DNA from: Squalus acanthias
Lineage: Eukaryota
DNA: 64,000 nt
Assembly (NCBI GenBank): GCA_030390025.1
Contig: JASTWF010000327.1
Coordinates: 372,001-436,000, forward strand
Direction of reading: 5' to 3'
Of this stretch, positions 38,050-50,123 are shown piece after piece. The notes below the pieces were generated by a model. The model made no database searches. It had not been told where the DNA came from and saw only the letters and a list, made by a program, of their open reading frames with translations. The number at the start of each line of letters is the position of its first letter. Position 1 is the first letter of the stretch. Position numbers and translations under genes: made by a program.

Positions 38050-38700
38050 AAAGTCCGCATGCGCCGCTCTTGTTGGGGTTTAGAACGCGCATGCTCGCGA
38101 GCAGCAGTGTCCCAGACCAGCTGCTAGTGCGCATGCTCGGGGACAGCAGAGTCCCAGACCAGCTGCTAGTGCGCATGCTCGGGGGCAGCAGAGTCCCAGG
38201 ACCAGCTGCTAGTGCGCATGCTCAGGGGCAGCAGAGTCCCAGGACCAGCTGCTAGTGCGCATGCTCAGGGGCGACACACTGGGTAACGGTCGAAGAGTCG
38301 GAATTACCGGCGGAAAGCGAGTTTTCTCAGCTAGAGGGACGAGCGGAGAGGGAAGGAAATAAATAACGGTAAACACAAACCTGGGAGTCCGAGGGTCCCG
38401 GGAAGCGAACGGAACGGATTCAGCCTCGCGGAGCGGGTCAGACTTCCTCAGCGACACGTGACCGGGGCCCGCGGCCTCAGTGACGTCATCGCATCCGGGA
38501 CACGTGACCCGGTCCACAGCCTGATTGACGGGCGCTTCTGACCAATAGGGAGCGAGCGGGGCGGGAGCAGCGAGCCGGCGGCGAGTCCTCCAACCAATCG
38601 GGGAGCCCGAGGGGCGGGACTAGCGCCGGCTGATTGTCTGATCTGCAGGGCAGCGAGTTTCTCCAGTCCCTTGTTCAGGGCCCAGGGGAGGCTGTGGGCC
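38050..38700 (-). promoter_or_regulatory. CpG-island promoter/exon 1 of gene C
   Basis: 42-43-bp repeats containing gcgcatgc (38085-38270). E-boxes cacgtg at 38455 and 38501, CRE tgacgtca at 38481, CCAAT/GC core at 38520-38700. Confidence 0.7.
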
Positions 38701-38719
38701 TTACTGGTGTTTGTGGGAT

Positions 38720-39352
38720 CTCTCTGTATCCACTCTATCAAAGCCTTTCATAATTTTAAAGACCTCTATTAGGTCACCCCTCAGCCTTCTCTTTTCAAGG
38801 GAAGAGACCCAGCCTGTTCATCCTTTCCTGATATGTATACCCTCGCATTTCTGGTATCATCCTTGTAAATCTTCTCTCCACCGCCTCGATATCCTTTTTA
38901 TAATATGGCGACCAGAACTGTACGCAGTCCTCCAAGTGTGGTCTGATGAAGGTTTGATACAAGTTCAGCATAACTTCTCTACTTTTCAATTCTATTCCTC
39001 TAGAAATAAACCCTACTTTTAGTGATTTGTGTAGTTGTACTCGGAGATCCTTTGCTCCTCTACCCCACCCAGGCTCGCGCCCACCAAGCAATAAGTGACC
39101 TCCCTATTCTTCCTACCAAAATCTAATACCTCACATTTATGTGTTGAAATTCATTTACCAATTATATGCCCATTCTGAAAGTTTATTAATGTCTTCCTGT
39201 AATTTGTTGCAGTCCTCCTCAGTATTGACTATACCTTCCAATTTGGTGTCATCCACAAATTTAGAAATTGTGTTTTTGGTTCCAAAGTCTAAATCGTTAA
39301 TGTAAGTTGTGAACAACAGTGGTCCCAGCACTGATCCTTGTGGAACACCACT
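38720..39352 (-). mobile_element. CR1 RT/3' fragment
   Basis: RPHLEDCVQFWSP; reverse complement of the [10 protein letters not shown] region. Confidence 0.8.
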
Positions 39353-39354
39353 TA

Positions 39355-39740
39355 TTAACGCAGCGGCAGTGGCGAGAGGATAAAGAGCGGCCCGAGAGCG
39401 GACCTGAATTAAAGCAGCGGCAGCGCGAGAGGATAAAGAGCGGCCCGAGAGCGGACCTGAATTAAAGCAGCGGCAGCGGCGAGAGGATAAAGAGCGGCCC
39501 GAGAGCGGACCTGAATTAAAGCAGCGGCAGCGGCGAGAGGATAAAGAGCGGCCCGAGAGCGGACCTGAATTAAAGCAGCGGCAGCGGCGAGAGGATAAAG
39601 AGCGGCCCGAGAGCGGACCTGAATTAAAGCAGCGGCAGCGGCGAGAGGATAAAGAGCGGCCCGAGAGCGGACCTGAATTAAAGCAGTGGCAGCGCGAGAG
39701 GATAAAGAGCGGCCCGAGAGCGGACCTGAATTAAAGCAGC
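39355..39740 (+). repeat. 53-54-bp CpG-rich tandem monomer, about 7 copies, at the CR1 5' end
   Basis: Unit gcagcggcagcggcgagaggataaagagcggcccgagagcggacctgaattaaa. Confidence 0.93.
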
Positions 39741-42700
39741 GCGAGGCTCCGATTCAAAAACAGCAACAAAGAGTGACATCACAGGAGAGCAGGTAGGTGA
39801 TTGGTTGATGAGTATTACAGCTCTTTTTTGCTCTCTAAGTTAGGGAAGGGGGTTAAATTAAAAGCTGAGAAACTAACTTGCTAGTACTTAGTAAATTAAA
39901 ACTTAAACTAAATAAAATAATCAAACAATAAACCTAAAATATCGATTGAATAAAATCTTTAACTAATTAATTAATTAATGAAACAAGGTTAGAGATGGCA
40001 GGGCAGGTGGTGTGTCGTAACTGCAGCATGTGGGAGTCTGTGGAGAGCATCACGATCCCGAGCAACCACATCTGCAGTAAGTGTCTGCAACTCGAGGAAC
40101 TTCGGCTCAGAATTGTTGAGCTGGAGTACGAGCTGCAGACATTGCGATGCATCAGGGAAGGGGAGAGTTTTCTGGACACTTTGTTCCAGGAGGCAGTCAC
40201 ACCCTTTAGGTTAAGTAGTACTTTAGAGTTCGTCAGTGGTCAGGGACAGGAGGGTGTGACTGTGAGTCAGGAAGGTATGGGGACCCAGGATGTAGTGATG
40301 GAGGAGCCTCAGCCCTGGACCTTGTCCAACAGGTACGAGGTACTTTCTACCTGTATGGATGAGGAAAAGGACTGCAGGGAGGGTGGGCAAACTGACCACA
40401 GCACTGTGGTACAGGGGCCCATCCAAGTGGGGGGGAAAAGGAAGGAATGTGGTAGTAGTAGGGAACAGTATAGTCAGGGGGATAGATACTGTTCTCTGCA
40501 GCCGCGAAAGAGTCCCGAAGGCTCTGTTGCCTGCCCGGTGCCAGGGTTAAGGATATCTCCTCGCGGCTGGAGAAGAACTTGGAGTGGGAGGGGGAGGATC
40601 CAGTTGTCGTGGTCCATGTAGGAACCAACGACATAGGTAGAACTAAGAATGAGGTTCTGCTGAGGGAGTTTGAGGAGCTAGGGTCTAAACTAATAAGCAG
40701 AACCACAAGGGTAATAATCTCTGGATTACTACCTGAGCCACGTGCAAATTGGCGTAGGGTCAAGCAGATCAGAGAGTTAAATGCGTGGCTTAAAGACTGG
40801 TGTGGGAAAATGGGGTTTCAATTCATGGGGCACCTGCACCAGTACTGGGGAAAGAGGAAGCTGTTCCGTCGGGACGGGCTCCACTTAAACTGAGCTGGGA
40901 CCAGCATCCTGGCGAATCGAATAACTAGGGCTGTAGATAGGGCTTTAAACTAAAAAAGGGGGGGGAGGGGTCAGGTATGGGGAAATTTAGAAATCTAAAG
41001 AGAGGTCAAGGCAATAGAGCAGTGTAGCGATTTGGGTAAAAATAAGCAGAGTGTGACAGGAAGGGACAGAGAGTTTAATGGTAGCAGTGCAGCAGAGAAT
41101 AAGGTCAAAGCAGGGAATAATGGTAAAAAAAATTAAATTAAAGGCTCTTTATCTGAATGCACAAAGCATTCGTAACAAGATAGACGAACTAGTGGCACAA
41201 ATAGAGATAAATGGGTTTGATCTAATAACCATTACAGAGACTTGTTTGCAAGGTGGCCAAGGTTGGGAACTAAATGTTCCAGGGTACTTGACGTTTCGAA
41301 AGGACAGGCAGAATGGAAAAGGAGGGGGAGTAGCTCTAATAATAAAGGATGACATAAGGACAGTAACGAGAAAGGATCTCGGCTTGGAAGATCAGGAAGT
41401 GGAATCAGTATGAGTGGAGATAAGGAATAACAAGGGGCAGAAAACACTGGTAGGAGTAGTATATAGGCCCCCGAACAGTAGCTATACCGTTGGACAGAAT
41501 ATTAATAAAGAAATAGTAGGAGCTTGCAACAAAGGTAATGCAATAATCTTGGGGGACTTTAATCTTCATATAGACTGGACAAATCAAACTGGCAAAGGTA
41601 GTCTGGAGGACGAGTTCATGGAATGCATTCGGGACAGTTTCCTAGAACAATATGCCATGGAACCAACAAGGGTACAGGCTATATTAGATCTTGTATTGTG
41701 TAATGAGACAGGGTTAATTAACAATCTCATAGTGAAGGATCATCTGGGGCAGAGTGATCATAATATGATAGAATTTCACGTTAATTTTAAGAGTGACTTG
41801 CCTAAGTCCAAAACTAGAGTCCTAAAACTTAAATAAAGCCAATTACATAGGTATGAGGGGTGAGTTGGCTAAGGTAGATTGGAAAAATAGATTAAAAGGT
41901 ATGGTGGTAGATAAGCAGTGGCTAGCATTTAAAGAAATATTTCATAATTCTCAACAAAAATACATTCCATTGAGAAACAAAAACTCCACGGGAAAAGTGA
42001 TCCAACCGTGGCTAACTAAAGAAGTTAAGGATAGCATTAGATTGAAAGAAGAAGCTTATAATGTTGCAAAGAATAATAATAAGCCTGAGGATTGGGAGAG
42101 TTTCAGAAACCAGCAAAGGTTGACCAAAAAATTGATGATAAGGGAAAAAATAGAACATGAGAGAAAACTAGCAAGAAATATAAAAGCAGATTGTAAGAGC
42201 TTCTACAAGTATGTAAAAAGGAAAAGAGTAGCAAAAGTAAACATCAGTCCTTTAGAGGCTGAGACAGGAGAAATTGTTATGGGGAATAAGGAAATGGCAG
42301 AAACGTTAAACAAATATTTTGTTTCTGTCTTCACAGTAGAAGACACAAAAAGCATACCAAAAATGGTGGGGAAACAAGGGTCTAATGAGGGTGAGGAACT
42401 TAACGTAATTAATATAAGTATAGAACAAGTACTAGAGAAACTAATGGGACTAAAAGCCAACACATCCCCTGGAACTGACGGCCTACATCCTAGGGTTCTA
42501 AAAGAGGTGGCTGAAGAGATAGTGGATGCATTGGTTTTGATCTTCCAAAATTCCCTAGATTCTGGAATGGTCCCAGCAGATTGGAAGGTCACAAATGTAA
42601 CACCGCTATTCAAGAAAGGAGGGAGGGAAAAATCAGGGAACTACAGGCCAGTTAGCCTGACATCAGTCGTCGGGAAAATGCTGGAATCCATTGTTAAGGA

Positions 42701-44021
42701 AGTGGTATCAAGTCACTTAGAAAATCATAACATGATTAGGCAGAGTCAACATGGTTTTATGAAAGGGAAATCATGTTTGACAAATTAGAGTTTTTTGAGG
42801 AAGTAACTGGCAGGGTAGATAAAGGGGAGTCAGTGGATGCAGTATATTTGGATTTCCAAAAGGCATTCGATAAGGTGCCACATAAAAGGTTATTACACAA
42901 GATTAGGGCTCATGGGGTTGGGGGTAATATAGTAGCATGGATAGAGGATTGGTTAATGGACAGAAAACAGAGAGTAGGGATAAACGGATCTTTTTCAGGT
43001 TGGCAGGCTGTAACTAGTGGGGTGCCGCAAGGATCAGTGTTGGGGCCTCAGCTATTTACAATCTACATTAATGACCTAGATGAAGGGATCGCGTGTAATG
43101 TATCCAAGTTTGCTGATGATACAAAGCTAGGTGGGACAGTAAGCTGTGAGGAGAACACAAAGACTCTGCAAAGACTACGTGAGTGGGCAGTAAGGTGGCA
43201 GATGGAGTATAATGTAGGGAAATGTGAGGTTATTCACTGGTAAGAAGAATAGAAAAACAGATTATTTTTTAAATGGTGAGAAACTTTCAAATGTTGGTGT
43301 TCAGAGAGATTTGGGTGTCCTCGTGCAAGAAACACAGAAAGCTAGCATGCAGGTACAGCAAGCAATAAGGAAGGCAAATGGCATGTTGGCCTTTATTGCA
43401 AGGGGGTTGGAGTATAAGAGTAAGGAAGTCTTGCTACAATTGTACAGGGCCTTGGTGAGACCACACCTGGAGTACTGTGCACAGTCATGGTCTCCTTATC
43501 TAAGGAAGGATATACTTGCCTTGGAGGCGGTGCAACAAAGGTTCACTAGATTGATTCCTGGGATGAGAGGGCTGTCCTATGATGAGAGATTGTGTAGAAT
43601 GGGCCTATGCTCTCTGGAGTTTAGAAGAATGAGAGGTGATCTCATTGAAACATACAAGATTCTGAAGGGGATTGACAGGGTAGATGCTGAGAGGTTGTTT
43701 CCCCTGGCTGGAGTGTCTAGAACGAGGGGGCATAGTCTCAGGATAAGGGGTTGGCCATTTAAGACTGAGATGAGGAGGAATTTCTTCACTCAGAGGGTTG
43801 TGAATCTTTGAATTCTCTGCCCCAGAGGGCTGCGAATGCTGAGTCTTTGAGTATATTCAAGGCTGAGATAGATAGATTTTTGGACTCTGGGGGAATCAAG
43901 GGATATGGAGATCGGGCAGGAAAGTGGAGTTGAGGTCGATGATCAGCCATGATCTTATTGAATGGCAGAGCAGGCTCGAGGGGCCGCATGGCCCACTCCT
44001 GCTCTTATTTCTTATGTTCTT
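39355..44021 (+). mobile_element. Full-length decayed CR1: 5' UTR with 54-bp monomers, ORF1, ORF2, 3' tail
   Basis: ORF1 from 39995 (CxxC..CxxC, leucine zipper, esterase). ORF2 ~41120-43933 has several stops and frameshifts. ttcttatg tail. Confidence 0.92.
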
Positions 44022-44849
44022 ATACTCTGGGTTGAAGCCACAACCGTGAATAAGCTGCACCCTGTGTCTCTTGTCTCTCTTCATCTCCCGGGTGTCTCCT
44101 TGATTATTCTTGAAATCTTGTACTCCTGAAATCTTCTACAATTTGTGCCTCGAGACCCCCTTCCTATACCCTTACTCTCATTCAAAACCTATGGAGTCCT
44201 CTTGAACCAATCACTGGCTGACACCCAGACCCAAAATCCAATCATAAAGATGCCACATTCGTAGCACCCTGGTTTACACAGGCTTCAGTCTGATGACACT
44301 CTTACATCATCTGTTTTTGACCATCAAGACTCATAGCTGGGGTTGTTATGGCAATACGAAAGGAACATGTCTCATTGGTTGCGATACGGCCCTTGAACTT
44401 GGCCTTTGTTTTTAATTCACTGCGGATGTTATAACATTCCACACAGTGGTAACTGCAGCTAACCTTGGTTCCCAGGCTAACTGCAGTCTAATCGACCACG
44501 GCAATCTCTTTCTCACCCCAGGTTGTCTGGTTACAGCTTACTCACAGACTTTTAAGTATAAGAAAAAGGGTTACATGTTTCAACATGTTATACTTAATTC
44601 AGGTTACCATTGCATACAGTTGATGATTACAGACTTATATTTAATTCCTACACATGATTATAAATCCATTACTGATGATTATAAGATACTGATGATTATA
44701 AGATAGTAAAGCAAGTATTCTAAAAACCAACTAATCCATGATAATATTACACTATTGACAACACGACCGACCTGCATCACTTGTGACATCACAATGACTA
44801 ATGACAGCATGGCTGACCTGCATCACCGGTGACATCACAATGAGCATTG

Positions 44850-45035
44850 ACACATATTCAAGAATGAGTTAGATATATTTCTTAAAGCTAAAGGGATCAA
44901 GGGATATGGGGAGAAGGCAGGTACAGGGTACTGAGTTTGGATGATCAGCCATGATCTCATCGAATGGCGGAGCAGGCTCGAGGGGCCGAATGGCCTACTC
45001 CTGCTTCTATCTTCTGTGTTTCTATGTTTCTATGA
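44850..45035 (+). mobile_element. CR1 3' end
   Basis: gggatcaagggatatgggg..gatcagccatgatc..tttctatg tail. Confidence 0.8.
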
Positions 45036-45849
45036 CACTGAACGATTTAGGGTTAGTGGCTGGGGTCTTGGGGTTCGGGGCAGATGTTACACTTAGGGGT
45101 TACTGATTGTCATTACGGGTTAGTGGTTATGCTTACGGGTTAGGATTAGGGATAGGAACAATTATTGACGATGCCAATATCACTGGATGTGTCCTTTTTC
45201 ATTTGGTGTCACAATGTAAGTGGGCCCTGGATTTGGTTTTTCAATGTAAGTGGTCCCTGGATTTGGTGTCTCAGTGTAAGTGGTCCCTGGATTTGGTGTC
45301 TCTGTGTAAGTGATCCCCCCATAGAGCTGGTTCCCAAGGCCCCGCCCCCACATAGAGTGGGTTTCCTCATGTGGCCTGCTGGGTCAGGTTATAAAGAGAC
45401 CGCGCGCTGTTCCTCCTCCCACTGCCTGGGGGAATGGGGCAGATATTTAAATAGACCGTGACCCCTTTACTTTGCATATTTATAGTTAAAGGGACAATCT
45501 GGTTTATCTTGGAGTGTCGGAGCACTTCACTGACAGAGCTCCTATTAACAGTCGCTCCCTTCTGTACTCGTGCAGTGATTGTAAACCTGTCTATTTTAGT
45601 GACTTGAGCCTTTCTAAAATGTCTCACTTTTTGCTTGTTAAATTTTGAAAGACTTCAGAATTTTGCAGTTTAACGAAGGTTTCCTTTAAAGGTGGAGTAA
45701 CATTCCTTTCAAAATATTCTGTTCTAACCCTCCCCCAAATTTTAAAACACTCTGCACAACTGACTGGGAAGGTCCCAAGTTCAATCCTGTTTGTTAATCT
45801 CAGCCAAGACAGCTCAGGGGCTATAATTGGCCTCAGTACCACTGGGCTA

Positions 45850-46290
45850 AATAAGAGTAAAAATCCCCCGCGCGGCAGAATGTGTCCAATCACTGACCAC
45901 AGGAGCCCAGTGCGCAGGCGCGGAGCCGGGCAGTGCTCTGAGCATGCGCAGTGCGAGTGATGGCGTTGGTCTGAAGCAGAAGAGACGGTTCCGGGAGGCG
46001 GTAGGAGATTGTGGGCTCGGGGAGGAATTGGACCGGCGGGTGGGATCGGAAGCTTCATAAACACCCGGTGTAGGCCTCAGGCCCCGAATAAGAGCCCACA
46101 GGCCCCGTGTTTGCCCCGCGGTGACAGGCCCGGCCGCCCGGGTCAGCGGGGTCACTGGCTGCCATCTTGGACAGGGCGGGGTCACGGCGCATGCGCGGCC
46201 ATCTTGGCCAGGAACAGAGAGTGGGCGGGGCTTCAGGGTCTCTGTTCCCAACCGGGTCCCAGTGCCCGGGAGATGGAGCATCCTGGACAA
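45850..46290 (+). promoter_or_regulatory. CpG-island promoter/exon 1 of gene D
   Basis: ccaatc, tgcgcaggcgc, gcatgcgc, gccatctt twice and a GC box; paralogous to 3770-4200. Confidence 0.7.
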
Positions 46291-46324
46291 CAGGTTTTCT
46301 ATTCACCTTCACCCACTCCCAGGC

Positions 46325-46760
46325 CGCACGTGATGTTTGCAGCCTAGAGGAGTCCATGGGCCGTGTATATATTCAGTGTGAGAGGTTGCAGCCCCTGTAT
46401 AGTTACCTGAAGGGGCTGCTCCTCAACTCTTGGTTACACTTTAGCCCCACGCTCCTAATCTTTGGCCGCCCGGTGCGGAGGGGGGTGGGTAAGTCGGAGG
46501 ATCTTCTCCTGGACCTGCTCTTGGGCCTGGCGAAAACAGCAATTTGTAGGTCCAGGATGGGCGGGGCCCATGGGGGGGTCGCTCTGGCTGCCTGCCTCTC
46601 TCCCGCAGTCTTGTTCCTGCCCGGGTGGCCCTGGAGAGGGAGCAGGCGGTGTCCACCGGTTCACTTGATACCTTCCTCGACCGGTGGGCACCTCAGGGTA
46701 CAGAGTGTCTCTCAGACACTGGTAACAACATTCTGATTTAGTTGGGAAGGTTCCCTTTGC
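46325..46760 (+). mobile_element. Tx1/L1-clade ORF2 C-terminal fragment
   Basis: EESMGRVYIQCERLQPLYSYLKGLLLNSWLHFSPTLLIFG; near-identical to 60710-61065 in reverse. Confidence 0.65.
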
Positions 46761-47284
46761 TTTTGGAGGGACTTCGTTGTTTATTTTGGCTTCTTTTAGT
46801 TTGATTGGATCACGTTTGGGGGAACAAGAGAGGAAAGAATGTTCCATAGAAACTAGAATTGTCTGTTCTGAATTTCTATCCTGTACTTACAGTGATGACT
46901 TTTGTAAACTCCTTTTACAGGGTATTAGAAGGGGAGGATTTACAGACGGGAAACTCAAACCAAACATCACATCAAGATCTGACAGAGTCACTCCATTCAT
47001 CAGGACCTAAATATCATCGGCCTTTGAATGTGGAAGGAGAAATGTTTGTCTGTTCTGTCTGTGGGAAAAGATTTCAAACATCAGTGTGACTGGAAAAGCA
47101 CCGAGACCCACACACCCGAGTGAGAGTGTTCCAGGGCACTGACTGTGGAAAGAGCTTTAACCAGTTACACAGCCTGAAAAAACATCGCACCATTCACAGC
47201 GGGGAGAAACCGTACACGTGTACTGTGTGTGGACGAGGCTTCAACTGATCGTCCAACCTGGAGAGACACAAGGACACCCGCGCC

Positions 47285-48045
47285 ATGGAGGAACTGTACA
47301 AATGTGGGGACTGTGGGAAGGGATTCAGCTCCCCGTCCCGGCTGGAAACTCATCGACGCAGTCACACTGGGGAAAGGCCGTTCACCTGCTCTGAGTGTGG
47401 GAAGGGATTCAGTCAGTCATCCCACCTCCTGACACACCAGCGAGTTCACACTGGAGAGAGGCCATTCACCTGCTCCATGTGTGGAAAGGGATTCAGTCAG
47501 TCATCCCACCTTCTGACACACCAGCGAGTTCACACTGGGGAGAAGCCGTTCATCTGCTCTGTGTGTGAGAAGGGATTTGCTCGATTAACCAACCTCACTG
47601 AACACCAACTTGTTCACACTGAAAAGAGACCTTTCAAATGTTCTGAGTGTGAGAAGAGCTTTAAAAGCAGAAAAGATCTGCTGACACACCAACACACTCA
47701 CACTGGGGAGAGGCCGTTCACCCTGCTCAGAGTGTGGGAAGGGATTCACTGATTCATCCACCCTGCTGAAACACCAGCGACTTCACACTGGGGAGAGGCC
47801 GTTCACCTGCTCCGTGTGTGGGAAGGGATTCACTGATTCATCCACCCTGCTGAGACACCAGCGAGTTCACACTGGGGAGAGGCCGTTCACCTGCTCCGTG
47901 TGTGGGAAGGGATTCACTGATTCATCCACCCTGCTGAGACACCAGCGAGTTCACACTGGGGAGAGGCCGTTCACCTGCACTGTGTGTGGGAAGGGATTCA
48001 CTCAGTCATTCCACCTACTGAGGACACCAGCGAGTTCACAAGTGA
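47285..48045 (+). pseudogene. ZNF gene D: 9 fingers, with +1 frameshifts at ~47721 and ~48022
   Basis: Acceptor at 46920, decayed upstream fingers with TGA stops, Kozak gccATGg at 47285, family 3' UTR. Confidence 0.8.
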
Positions 48046-48423
48046 CTGCAGGGGTTGGATTCTGCTGTTATTGCTGCTGTTAATCACATCCAGGACTGAA
48101 CCATGTTCTTTCTGACAGTTGGGGTTTGTTTCTGCTGATGAGAATACCTCCTGTAACTGGGCTGGAGTTTAATATTCTGGATAAATGTCAAATACACAGT
48201 GTCGAGTATTTCTTTCCTCCAAGGTAAGAGGAGACTAATTGATGTCCTGTTACAGACTGCTCCATTTTTGGGCCTTTTCTCCTTTCTAACTCTGGATTAT
48301 CTCAGTTCAAACACCTTCAGTTATTCTCAAGTCCCAGCTCCCCACACCTTCCAGAGAGCCTGTAATAGAAAATGACTGAAGATTTATCCCAGTGCAACTA
48401 TTGCTGTTATCCAAGGAAAAAGG

Positions 48424-48601
48424 CTTGTATTTCTATCGCACCTTTCACAACCTCAGGACGTCCCAAAGCGCTTTACAGACAAGGAAGTACTTTTGAAGTG
48501 TAGTCACTGTTCTAATGTAGGAAATTTCTGCACAGCAAGCTCCCACAAACAGCAGTGGGATATTGACCAGATAATCTATTTTTCAATGACGTTGATTGAG
48601 G
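48424..48601 (-). mobile_element. SINE 3' part
   Basis: Reverse complement of the SINE core and tail. Confidence 0.75.
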
Positions 48602-48643
48602 ATGGAAGGGGATGTGTAAAGAGATGGTCTGTGTATGGAGATG

Positions 48644-48987
48644 TGAAAGAAGGAAACGGTGTGTGTGTGTGATAGTGACACAGCCTTGTGGTCACAGTCA
48701 GAACAATGCACAGATATCCTTGTGGTTATGGTTTGGGCAGGGCCAGGTCAATAATGTAGTAAACAAGTTAAATATAAATATCGCCAGTGTAGTCGCAGCT
48801 TGTTAGAACAGACCTGGGGAGAAGAGAGCTCTGAATCCACTGTATTATCCCTGTTCCCCGGATCGGGTAACTATACTCTGTCTGTATCTTTGCAGTGCTG
48901 TTAATAAAGTCAGTGAAAGACAATCTGTTGTTGTGAGCTTGATTATCTGGTGTCTGAAACCACAAGACTCAATCTTTAGACTCAACA
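48644..48987 (+). mobile_element. Putative solo LTR, 344 bp
   Basis: TG...CA ends, 5-bp direct repeat agatg at 48639-48643 and 48988-48992, internal aataaa at 48903. Confidence 0.5.
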
Positions 48988-49184
48988 AGATGAACAAGTA
49001 AACACATCACGGCCCAATACTCCAGCTCTATATTCACAGGAGAAAGTCTGTTATCACACTCCTCGAGTGGACAGAATAAAGAAAGATCCCAACTCAGAAC
49101 CTCCAGAAGCATTTGTAAATATCTTTCAAATCCTGACTGATATCAATTGTCATTGTACGTTCCATTGAAGACGAGAGAGGGGCA

Positions 49185-49606
49185 GGAGAGTAGGGGTGAA
49201 AGAGGAGTTGGGGTGAGGGGGGTTGGAGAGTAGGGGTGAAAGAGGAGTTGGGGTGAGGGGGGTTGGAGAGTAGGGGTGAAAGAGGAGTTGGGGTGAGGGG
49301 GGTTGGAGAGTAGGGGTGAAAGAGGAGTTGGGGTGAGGGGGTTGGAGAGTAGGGGTGAAAGAGGAGTTGGGGTGAGGGGGGTTGGAGAGTAGGGGTGAAA
49401 GAGGAGTTGGGGTGAGGGGGGTTGGAGAGTAGGGGTGAAAGAGGAGTTGGGGTGAGGGGGGTTGGAGAGTAGGGGTGAAAGAGGAGTTGGGGTGAGGGGG
49501 TTGGAGAGTAGGGGTGAAAGAGGAGTTGGGGTGAGGGGGGTTGGAGAGTAGGGGTGAAAGAGGAGTTGGGGTGAGGGGGGTAGGAGAGTTGGGGTGAGGG
49601 GGGTTG
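49185..49606. repeat. 40-bp G-rich minisatellite, about 10 copies
   Basis: Unit ggagagtaggggtgaaagaggagttggggtgaggggggtt. Confidence 0.95.
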
Positions 49607-49629
49607 GAAGGTTTGTGTGAAAGAGAACT

Positions 49630-49848
49630 TGGCCTTAAGCTCTGGAATTCCCTCCCTAAAACTCTCCGCCTCTCTCCTTTTCTCTCATCTTTTAAGATGC
49701 TCCTTAAACCCTACCTCTTTGATAAAGCCTTTGGTCATCTTTTCTGCTATCTCCTGTCGGTGTCAAACATGTTTTTTTATATTGCTCTTGTTGAGCGCCT
49801 TCGGACGTTTTACTACGTTAAATGTGCGATATAAATGTAAGTTGTTGC
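49630..49848 (+). mobile_element. L2-like LINE 3' end
   Basis: KLWNSLP..SSFKMLLKPYLF; tail gatataaatgtaagttgttg. Confidence 0.6.
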
Positions 49849-49854
49849 TGATAT

Positions 49855-50110
49855 CAAATCAAGGGACCACTTACAGTGTGACATCAAATCCAGGGACCAC
49901 TTACACTGACAAAAACCATCCAGGGACCACTTACAGTGTGACACCAAATCAATAGACCATTTGCACTATGACACCAAATCTAGAGACCACTTATACAATG
50001 ACAGCTAATTGAGGAAACATTTACAGAGACACTAAATCCTGTGACCACTTACACTCTGACACCAAACCCAGGGACTATTTGCACTGCAACACTAAATTCA
50101 GGGCCCACAT
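49855..50110. repeat. Degenerate ~30-bp tandem repeat, inverted relative to 45200-45312
   Basis: aaatccagggaccacttacactgac variants. Confidence 0.75.
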
Positions 50111-50123
50111 GGACATTCCCAGG

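Noticed and set aside
45046..45155. Interstitial telomere
   Set aside because: Only scattered ttaggg/gggtta words, no tandem array.
47085..47250. In-frame TGA codons as selenocysteine or read-through
   Set aside because: They fall at Arg-type (CGA) positions, not Cys; CpG deamination explains them.
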